Positions 43,968 through 51,403 of a stretch of 64,000 nucleotides of DNA are shown piece after piece (the stretch's first letter is position 1; every line of letters begins with the position of its first letter). A program made the position numbers and the translations under genes. The notes under the pieces were generated by a model, which was not told the DNA's origin, did no database searches, and saw only the letters and a list, made by a program, of their open reading frames with translations. Origin of the DNA: Bacteroidota bacterium (GTDB lineage Bacteria; Bacteroidota; Ignavibacteria; UBA10030; SZUA-254); contig DATKPE010000003.1 in assembly GCA_035524335.1 (NCBI GenBank), positions 2,902 to 66,901 of the forward strand, read 5' to 3'.

Positions 43968-46255
43968 GCCTGCACCTCCTCCCGCCGGGGAACCTTCGTC
44001 TGGACCGGAAACCGGATCGGCAGACTGTAGAACCGCCGGCCGGTCGCATTGCAGACCGCGTTGGCGATTGCCGGCGCCATGATTTCATTTGCCGGTTCAC
44101 CCAGACTCTTCGCGCCGGAGGGCGATACCGGATCGTGATTCTCGATGATGATCGCCTTCATCGGCGGAAGATCCAGCGTGCGGGATATCCGGTAGGTGTT
44201 GAGATTTCTGTTGGCGATGATGCCATTGTCGGATTTGACTTCTTCGTGCAGTGCGTAGCCGATGCTCATGGCCATACCGCCATAAATCTGTCCGAGCACC
44301 ATCTCCCGGTTCACCGCCCTGCCGATATCGTGTGCGGCGACCGCATTGAGAAGCCGGATTTTGCCGGTTGTCCTGTTCACCGTCAGTTCGACGGCCTGAC
44401 AGCCGTAGACCCAGGTGAAATATGCCTTTCCCTGGCCGGTATGCTCATCCCACGTCACCTGCGGCGCGCGGTAGACGCCGAGAGCGTACGGAAACTGCTG
44501 ATGACTGTACATATAGGCGATCGCCTCGCTAAAGGAGACCGATTCGCCGTTCGCGGCGCGGACTCTTCCCCCGGAAAATGTGACTCCCTCCGGAACAGTC
44601 GACAGCTGTTCAGCCACCGACCGCGCGATCGTCCGCTTCAGCTCCGCTGCGGCCTGACACACCGCTCCCCCGCCCATGATCGTCCCCCGCGAAGCGACCG
44701 TGGTGCCGCTGTCGGGTATGACGGATGTCGACGACCTGCGGTACCGGATCGTATCCGCCGGGATCCCGAGCTCCTCCGCGAGGAGCAGGATCATCGCCGT
44801 TTCAGATCCCTGTCCGTTTTCATGGACGCCCGCCTCCAGGATGACGGAGCCGTCGGCCTGCACGTTGACGATCGCTGCGCAGAAATCGACTCCCTCGGCA
44901 CCCAGACTGACTCCCCGGTAGCTCATTGCGAGCCCGATGCCGTACATCTCCTCCTCCGTTCCCTCCCCGCGGGTCGCCCGCTTGAGCTTCGTCTCATAAT
45001 CAATCTCTTTCAGAACCGCATCGAGCACCTGACCCATCGCAACAGTGTGGGTATCGAGCTTCTGGCCCGTGATGGTGACGCTGTTCTGCTTCACCATGTT
45101 GAGTTTCCGGAACGCCACCGCCGACATGCCGAGTTTTTCCGCCGCAAGCTCCACCATCTGCTCGACGACGAAATTCATCTGCGGCGATCCGAAGCCTCGC
45201 ATCGCGCCGGTCACGACATTGTTCGTGTAGACGCCGGTCGTATCGCATTGGACGTTCCCGACCACGTACGGACCACAGCACTGCACCGTCGACCTCCAGG
45301 TCACCCAGGGAGTCACCGAGCAATACGCACCTCCGTCTGCCACAATGGTGCATCTGACAGCCGTGATTTTTCCCGATCTGGTCACCCCCATCGCATAATG
45401 GACTTTATAGGGGTGCCGCTTGTAGCTCTCCCGGATCGACCAGTCCCGCGTATATCTGATTTTCACCGGCCTGCCGGTAAGTCTCGCCGCGAGTGCGGCA
45501 CGTGCGCAGACCACGGCGGCGGTGTCATCCTTGCCGCCGAACCCGCCGCCCAGCGGCGTACCGACGATCTCGATATCGGCAAGCGGTACGCCCAGACACG
45601 CCGCGGTGAAACGCCGTGTGCTGAACGGATGCTGCATACTGCCGTATATTTCGATAACTCCGTCTCCCCGCGGTATGGCGACGGCCACCTCCGTTTCCAT
45701 GTACGCATGCTCGACGAACTGCGTCTGAAAATCGTGCTCGAGGATGACATCGGCCTCCCGCATTCCCCGTTCGGCATCCCCCCTGCGGACCCTGTGCGTG
45801 TTGATGACGTTCGATCCGTGCTGTTCGTGAATGAGCGGTGCGCCGGGGGCCAGTGCATCGGTCGGATCCAGCACCCGCGGGAGGGGCTCCGCATCGAGAC
45901 GGACGTATTTCGCGGCCTGCATCGCGGCTTCGCGCGATTCCGCCACGACCACGGCGATCACGTCACCGTTATATCTGATTTTGTCGTCCGCAAAGATCCT
46001 GTAATCGCGGATGATCTGCCCGACCCGGTTGGAACCGGGAACATCCCGCGCGGTCAGAACACGCACGACGCCGGGGCATCGTTCCGCCTCCGCCGTTTCG
46101 ATCGACCGGATCCTGGCGTGCACTTCGTCGCTGTACACCGGAACCGCATGCAGGAGATCCGCAAAATGCAGATCGTCCGTAAACTTCGCCGCACCGGTCA
46201 CTTTGGCCCGCACGTCATTGCGCCAGCCTGAATTGGTCAACCCGGACATAACCAT
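43964..46255 (-). CDS. Molybdopterin-binding large subunit of a xanthine-dehydrogenase-family hydroxylase (no FAD subunit adjacent)
   Basis: 763 aa. KVTGAAKFTDD N-terminus, with GGGFGGKDD, MRGFGSPQ and PSGAKSLGEP blocks. The start is ATG 46255 or 46249, overlapping the hyuA-like stop by 13-19 nt. Confidence 0.85.
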   Translation of the reverse strand: MVMSGLTNSGWRNDVRAKVTGAAKFTDDLHFADLLHAVPVYSDEVHARIRSIETAEAERCPGVVRVLTARDVPGSNRVGQIIRDYRIFADDKIRYNGDVIAVVVAESREAAMQAAKYVRLDAEPLPRVLDPTDALAPGAPLIHEQHGSNVINTHRVRRGDAERGMREADVILEHDFQTQFVEHAYMETEVAVAIPRGDGVIEIYGSMQHPFSTRRFTAACLGVPLADIEIVGTPLGGGFGGKDDTAAVVCARAALAARLTGRPVKIRYTRDWSIRESYKRHPYKVHYAMGVTRSGKITAVRCTIVADGGAYCSVTPWVTWRSTVQCCGPYVVGNVQCDTTGVYTNNVVTGAMRGFGSPQMNFVVEQMVELAAEKLGMSAVAFRKLNMVKQNSVTITGQKLDTHTVAMGQVLDAVLKEIDYETKLKRATRGEGTEEEMYGIGLAMSYRGVSLGAEGVDFCAAIVNVQADGSVILEAGVHENGQGSETAMILLLAEELGIPADTIRYRRSSTSVIPDSGTTVASRGTIMGGGAVCQAAAELKRTIARSVAEQLSTVPEGVTFSGGRVRAANGESVSFSEAIAYMYSHQQFPYALGVYRAPQVTWDEHTGQGKAYFTWVYGCQAVELTVNRTTGKIRLLNAVAAHDIGRAVNREMVLGQIYGGMAMSIGYALHEEVKSDNGIIANRNLNTYRISRTLDLPPMKAIIIENHDPVSPSGAKSLGEPANEIMAPAIANAVCNATGRRFYSLPIRFPVQTKVPRREEVQA

Positions 46256-47592
46256 TTCCCTTTCGGTTCTGTTCCCGGAATAAGTTCATTTTTCCTCACG
46301 ACCTCACGCCCGCCCAGAAAGACATGCTCGAAGCTCAGCGTCGAATGCCGGTCCGGATAGGTTTCATGGACGTTGCTGATGGAGGACCAGACCGGCCTTT
46401 TCCCTCCCTGCGGATCGACAACGGCAATATCTGCGTCTGCACCGGGACGGAGGCTTCCCTTTCGCGGAAAGACGCCGAGCAGTTCTGCTGGCGCGGCGGA
46501 ACAGTGACGCGCCATCGCCCGGAATGCCTGATCCCCCCGGGGACGGAAAAGATCGAAGACGATGTGGGACAATGCGCCGATCCCTGCCACGCCGTTGGGA
46601 ATCATGCGGATATCAGAAACCGGCCGGTCCTTGTCCGCGCGCATGAACGCACAGTGATCGGTCGCAAAAAGATCGATGCTCCCTTCGCCGGCGTAAACGG
46701 CGAGTTTCCGCCGCCGCCCCTCGTCTCTCAGGGGGGGTGAACAGAGCCAGCGATGACCGCCGGGCCGCGTGAGAACATCCTCGCTGTGGACGATATACTG
46801 CGGACAGGTTTCGCAGGTGATCGACTGTGACCCGCGCGCCGCGGCAATCAGTTCGACGCCTTCGGGGGTGGAGACATGGACGATATGGATCCGTGCATTT
46901 TCGGCTCTGGCGATTCCGATGAGCCGCTCAATCGCCACGATTTCTGCCTCGGGAGGACGAAGAAGTGTGTGCGTGAACGGCTCACGGAGCGGATACAGAT
47001 CCGACGGTATCCCTTGCAGAACAGCCTCGTCTTCGCAGTGGATCAGAAACCGCACTCCTCTCCCCGCCAGCCGCCGGAACAGAGACACTATGTCATCATA
47101 GGAGGCATAGATCCCGGCGTGCTTATAGGTCGTGTAGAGTTTGATCGACCGGAATCCGCTGTCGACCGCGGTCACAATGTCGCCCCAGCCCTGTTCGTCA
47201 AACCGTGTCGGCGTCAGGTGCCAGAAATAATCGGTGAAGCAGTTCCGTTCCGCTTTGGAGCGCGCCCGTCCGATCGCTTCGCCCAGCCGTTCCTGCCCGG
47301 ATTGGGTGATGAAGGTCGCGATGGCGGTGATGCCGTTCCGGACCGCCGCTTCGGTCCCGCTTCGATACCCGTCGGCCAGAGGATATCCGCCGATAACATC
47401 ATCCAGATGCGTATGGATGTCAATCAGGCCGGGCAGGACAAATTTCCCGCCGGCATCGATAATCTCATCGGCATCGGACGACGGGAGCGCCTCGCCGATC
47501 AAACTGATGACGCGGTTTTCAACGGCGAGATCGGCTTTTCGCAATCCCTCGTCCAGACAGACAACGCCGTTTTTTATTATCAGCATGCTCAT
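46237..47592 (-). CDS. Cyclic amidohydrolase, D-hydantoinase/dihydropyrimidinase family (HyuA/YgeZ-like)
   Basis: 451 aa. The metal-binding motif is PGLIDIHTHL. The carboxylated-Lys region is SIKLYTTY. HIVHVS, ETCPQY and ATDHCAF blocks are present. Confidence 0.8.
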   Translation of the reverse strand: MSMLIIKNGVVCLDEGLRKADLAVENRVISLIGEALPSSDADEIIDAGGKFVLPGLIDIHTHLDDVIGGYPLADGYRSGTEAAVRNGITAIATFITQSGQERLGEAIGRARSKAERNCFTDYFWHLTPTRFDEQGWGDIVTAVDSGFRSIKLYTTYKHAGIYASYDDIVSLFRRLAGRGVRFLIHCEDEAVLQGIPSDLYPLREPFTHTLLRPPEAEIVAIERLIGIARAENARIHIVHVSTPEGVELIAAARGSQSITCETCPQYIVHSEDVLTRPGGHRWLCSPPLRDEGRRRKLAVYAGEGSIDLFATDHCAFMRADKDRPVSDIRMIPNGVAGIGALSHIVFDLFRPRGDQAFRAMARHCSAAPAELLGVFPRKGSLRPGADADIAVVDPQGGKRPVWSSISNVHETYPDRHSTLSFEHVFLGGREVVRKNELIPGTEPKGKWLCPG

Positions 47593-48812
47593 GGTATCCG
47601 CAGAGAAGCCAGAACATCCTCGTCCGCCGGAATGGTACGCGGAACGGGAAGTGATCTCATCGGCGCGTCGATATCCTTCAGCCCATGCCCCGTGATAAGG
47701 AGAACGACCTGCTCCGAGGGATGAAGTGCTCCCGCCGCGGCGATTTTTCTGACGCCTGCGACCACGGCCGCGGCGGCAGGTTCCGCAAATATTCCCTCGC
47801 TCTGCGCAAGAAGCCGCTGTCCCTCCAGGATCTCCCGGTCCGTCACGATAACCGTCCCTCCGGAAGTGGCAAGGACAGCTTCCCGGGCCAGGTGAGCGTT
47901 CGACGGAACGGAGACGGAGATCGAATCCGCAATCGTGTCCGGTTTCTGCGCACTGCGATATACCCCGGAGAGGATATACCGATGAATCGCCGAGGAAGTG
48001 TTCGCCTGTACGGAAAACAGCCGCGGCATTTTTTTGATCACCCGCGCCTGAAGCAGATCGTAAAAGGCCTTGTAGACTCCGAACAGGATGACGCCATCCC
48101 CCACGGGAATAAAAATCGTATCGGGGACCTTCCAGCCGTTCTGGGCAAAGATTTCAAAACCGACTGTTTTCTTCCCCTCGATGGTCAGGGGATGATAACC
48201 GGTATTCCGGTTCAGACCCCCGCGCAGTTTCGTAAAGGCGAGCGACATCCGGAACGCATCATCATACGTTCCCCTGACCGGAAACACCTTTGCCCCGAAC
48301 ATGAGCATCTGGACCAGTTTGGCTTTCGGCGCCTTCTCGGGGACGAAGATGACCGCACGGCGGTGTGCCGATGCCGCAACCGCTGCGAGCGCGCTCGCCG
48401 CGTTGCCGGTGGAGGCGGTGACGACCGTCGGGGCCCGCAGTCGGCCGGCTTCGGCAACTACCAGAAACGATGCGCGGTCCTTCAGGGAGCCGCTGGGATT
48501 GAGTCCATCGTTCTTGAGCCAGAGATGCCTGCACCCGATTGCTTTGCCGAGTCCGCCCGCGGGCGTGAAAGGAGTGTTCCCGACCGGATACGGAGGATAA
48601 TATTTCGACTCCACTGCGGAAAAAAGATCCCACCGGGCATTCGACCGGGAGAATTTTTTCCGGATGGTCTCGTAATCAAACTCTGCGGTCAGGACGCCGC
48701 AGAGGGGTTCGCCCGGTTTCCAGAGATGTTCGCACGTCGGGCAGAGATACCGTACTTCATTCCGCCTGTACGACGCCCCGCAATGAGAACAGCGATATCT
48801 GAATTCTGTCAT
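47589..48812 (-). CDS. Threonine-synthase-like fold-type-II PLP enzyme with N-terminal zinc ribbon
   Basis: 407 aa. The N-terminal zinc ribbon is CSHCG...CPTCEH. The PLP-lysine block is NPSGSLKDRAS. STGNAASALAA and PVGDGV blocks are also present. ATGA overlap with the hyuA-like start. Confidence 0.7.
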   Translation of the reverse strand: MTEFRYRCSHCGASYRRNEVRYLCPTCEHLWKPGEPLCGVLTAEFDYETIRKKFSRSNARWDLFSAVESKYYPPYPVGNTPFTPAGGLGKAIGCRHLWLKNDGLNPSGSLKDRASFLVVAEAGRLRAPTVVTASTGNAASALAAVAASAHRRAVIFVPEKAPKAKLVQMLMFGAKVFPVRGTYDDAFRMSLAFTKLRGGLNRNTGYHPLTIEGKKTVGFEIFAQNGWKVPDTIFIPVGDGVILFGVYKAFYDLLQARVIKKMPRLFSVQANTSSAIHRYILSGVYRSAQKPDTIADSISVSVPSNAHLAREAVLATSGGTVIVTDREILEGQRLLAQSEGIFAEPAAAAVVAGVRKIAAAGALHPSEQVVLLITGHGLKDIDAPMRSLPVPRTIPADEDVLASLRIP

Positions 48813-48829
48813 GGAATGTCCCCTGCCTC

Positions 48830-50038
48830 TCAGATCTTTCCGTTCATCCTGGCAATAAACGCCGCATAGAATGAAGAAGCGGCGCTCAGGTGTTCGACGG
48901 GGCAGGCCTCGTTCGCCGCATGGGCGTAGACTTCATTACCCGGCCCGAGACCGAAACAGGGAATCCCGTGCATACCGGCAATGGCGACCCCGTTCGTGCT
49001 GAAGGTCCATTTGCCGACGACCGGTTCGCGCCCGATCGTCGCGCGGTACGCCTCGACTGCCTGCCGCAGATAGGGGGACGATTCCTCCATCACCCATGTG
49101 GGAAAGTATTTCTCCGTCTGATAGACTTTGCCGGTGTAGGCACGTTCAGCATACGTCAGGACGGAGACCTGGGCGTCGGGGTAGCCGGCCGTCCGGGCTG
49201 CGGCCTGAACTTCCGCGATGGCGCTTTCCTTCGTTTCGCCCGCGGTCAGCCGGCGGTCCAGATGAATGCCGGCACCGTCGGGGACGGCGCACAGCGAGGG
49301 GGACGACGAGACCGATTCCGTCACGGTGACGGTTCCCTTGCCGAGGAACGGATCGGACCGCAGACGTTCATTCAGTTTTTCGATCTCGAGCGCGATGCGC
49401 GCGATTTTGTAGATCGCGTTATCCCCCCGTTCGGGTGCGGAGCCGTGACAGCTTTTTCCCTTCACATCGACGTGCATCTCCATTCTGCCGCGATGTCCGC
49501 GGTAAATGTTGAGATTCGTCGGCTCCGTGATGATGACAAGCTCCGGCCGGAGGCGCTCTTCTTTGATGAGATACTGCCAGCAGAGCCCGTCACAATCCTC
49601 CTCCATGACGGTGCCGGTCAGGTAGACCGAAAACTGATCGTTCAAATTCAGTTCCTTCACGAGCGAGGCGGCGCTGATCATGCAGGCCATCCCCCCCTTC
49701 TGGTCGACCGTCCCCCTTCCCCAGATTTTTCCTTCCGCCACTTTCGGGACGAAGGGATTCGAATGCCACTGATCCAGATCGCCGGGATAGACCGTATCGA
49801 TGTGCGCATCGAACGCGATGGCTCTCGGTCCACGACCGATCCGCCCGATGATGCTTCCCAGGCCGTCGATCCTGATCTCTTCCACCCCCGCCCGTTCCAT
49901 TTCACGCCGGATCACGTCGACGACATCCTTTTCCTTGCCGGAAAACGACTGCGTTTTCACGAGCTCGGATAAAATCCGCACCGTCTCGGGCTCCTGCTCC
50001 TTTGCACGCCGCTGAATATTCTGATAGAGAGTCTCCAT
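48830..50038 (-). CDS. ygeY: YgeY-family M20 metallohydrolase
   Basis: 402 aa, collinear with E. coli YgeY as remembered. Matching blocks: AFDAHIDTV, GRGTVDQKGGMA, GTVMEEDCDGLCWQY, YRGHRGRMEMHVDVKGKSCHGSAPERGDNAIYK, KWTFSTNGV. Confidence 0.9.
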   Translation of the reverse strand: METLYQNIQRRAKEQEPETVRILSELVKTQSFSGKEKDVVDVIRREMERAGVEEIRIDGLGSIIGRIGRGPRAIAFDAHIDTVYPGDLDQWHSNPFVPKVAEGKIWGRGTVDQKGGMACMISAASLVKELNLNDQFSVYLTGTVMEEDCDGLCWQYLIKEERLRPELVIITEPTNLNIYRGHRGRMEMHVDVKGKSCHGSAPERGDNAIYKIARIALEIEKLNERLRSDPFLGKGTVTVTESVSSSPSLCAVPDGAGIHLDRRLTAGETKESAIAEVQAAARTAGYPDAQVSVLTYAERAYTGKVYQTEKYFPTWVMEESSPYLRQAVEAYRATIGREPVVGKWTFSTNGVAIAGMHGIPCFGLGPGNEVYAHAANEACPVEHLSAASSFYAAFIARMNGKI

Positions 50039-50047
50039 ACTGCTCCT

Positions 50048-51403
50048 TTATGTTTGCGAAGATGAAAGCCGCTTCCACACTGCGGCGGCAAGCTCACGGG
50101 ATCGCCGGCAGATGCGCTCCTCGTCAATGGTGTCCGGAAATCGTTTTCCCTCCATGCGTATCTGCCCCGCCACCACGGTCGTATCGACCTCCGCATGCGC
50201 CATCCCGTACAGCAGGTGTCCGCAGAAATTTGCCCGGGTCAGCGGCGTCGTCGGCAAATAGTCGAGGAGGATGACATCCCCGGCGGCGCCCGGCGCGATG
50301 GTTCCGATCGGCAGTCCGAAAAGACGTTCCGCGATTTTCGGATTGTTGTCGAGGAGCGCGCTTGAAATCTCCCCGAAACCCCTGGAGGGACCGCCGGCGC
50401 GAAGATGCTGGGCCCAGACGCCCGCACGCGCCTCTTCGGGCATCCGGGCAGTCATTGCATCAGTTCCGAGGCCCACAAGCACACCCCGTTCCGCCAGGAG
50501 CGGGATATCGGCGATGCCGACGCCGTTGTTCAGATTCGACTGCGGATTATGGACCGCGATCGAATCCGTGCCGGCAAGGAGATCGATCTCGGAAGCCGAA
50601 AGATGCACACAATGTGCGGCGATCGTCCGGGGACCCAGAATGCCGTAATGGTTGAGACGTTCGACAACCTTCATTCCGAATTCCCGCCCGGTGATTTCCT
50701 GATCGGCAGATCCCTCCGCGCAATGAATATGAAATCCGCTCCCTATCGATCTTCCGGCTTCCGCCGCGTCCCGGAGCGTCGCCTCGCCGAGCGTGAAGCT
50801 GGCATGGAGGCCGAACAATCCGCCGATCAGCCCGCCGTTTTGTTCCCTGCAGTGCTTCAGAAACGAGACGTTTTCCGCGATGCCGTCCGCCGCGACATCC
50901 CGTCCGTCTCGATCCGATACCTCATAGCAGAGACAGGTCCGGATTCCGGTCATGGAGGCCGCATCTTCAAGAGCCGTGAGCGATCCTTCGACCGACCGGG
51001 GACTGGCATGATGATCGATCACCGTCGTCGTCCCGTGACGGATCGAATCGAGATAGAGCAGGAGTGCGCTGTACGCGCAATCCTCAAGCGTCAGCACGGA
51101 GTCGAGCTTCCACCAGAGATTGTGAAGAATATCAGGGAAACCAGCCGATGGCCGGATGCCGGGAATTCCGCGCGCGAAGGCGCTGTAGCCGTGGGTGTGG
51201 GCATTGATGAAACCGGGGAGCAGAATCTTTCCCCGGGCGTCGAGCGTCCTGTCCGGCCTGACCGGAGGCCGATGATCCGACACCAGGCCCGTGATCACAC
51301 CGCCCTCTATCAGAAGGCCATGATCGGCAAGCAGTTCTCCGGCCGATCCTCCGGTCCAGATCGTTGCGTGGTCAATAAAAAGACTGCCGTCGCCCGGTTT
51401 CAT
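50048..51403 (-). CDS. ssnA: SsnA-family aminohydrolase (amidohydrolase superfamily, chlorohydrolase-like)
   Basis: 451 aa. Blocks: LPGFINAHTHGYS, LHNLWWKLD, TTTVIDHHASP, FHIHCAEG, GLGTD. The start directly abuts the upstream stop (51403/51404). Confidence 0.85.
   Translation of the reverse strand: MKPGDGSLFIDHATIWTGGSAGELLADHGLLIEGGVITGLVSDHRPPVRPDRTLDARGKILLPGFINAHTHGYSAFARGIPGIRPSAGFPDILHNLWWKLDSVLTLEDCAYSALLLYLDSIRHGTTTVIDHHASPRSVEGSLTALEDAASMTGIRTCLCYEVSDRDGRDVAADGIAENVSFLKHCREQNGGLIGGLFGLHASFTLGEATLRDAAEAGRSIGSGFHIHCAEGSADQEITGREFGMKVVERLNHYGILGPRTIAAHCVHLSASEIDLLAGTDSIAVHNPQSNLNNGVGIADIPLLAERGVLVGLGTDAMTARMPEEARAGVWAQHLRAGGPSRGFGEISSALLDNNPKIAERLFGLPIGTIAPGAAGDVILLDYLPTTPLTRANFCGHLLYGMAHAEVDTTVVAGQIRMEGKRFPDTIDEERICRRSRELAAAVWKRLSSSQT

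Noticed and set aside
43922-46231. 769-aa plus-strand ORF, almost exactly as long as the minus-strand Mo-subunit gene it overlaps
   Set aside because: It is fully antisense to a gene with strong family motifs (GGGFGGKDD, MRGFGSPQ). Its translation is dominated by R/H/D/G/P with no recognisable motif. A stop-free antisense frame is expected in GC3-rich coding DNA.
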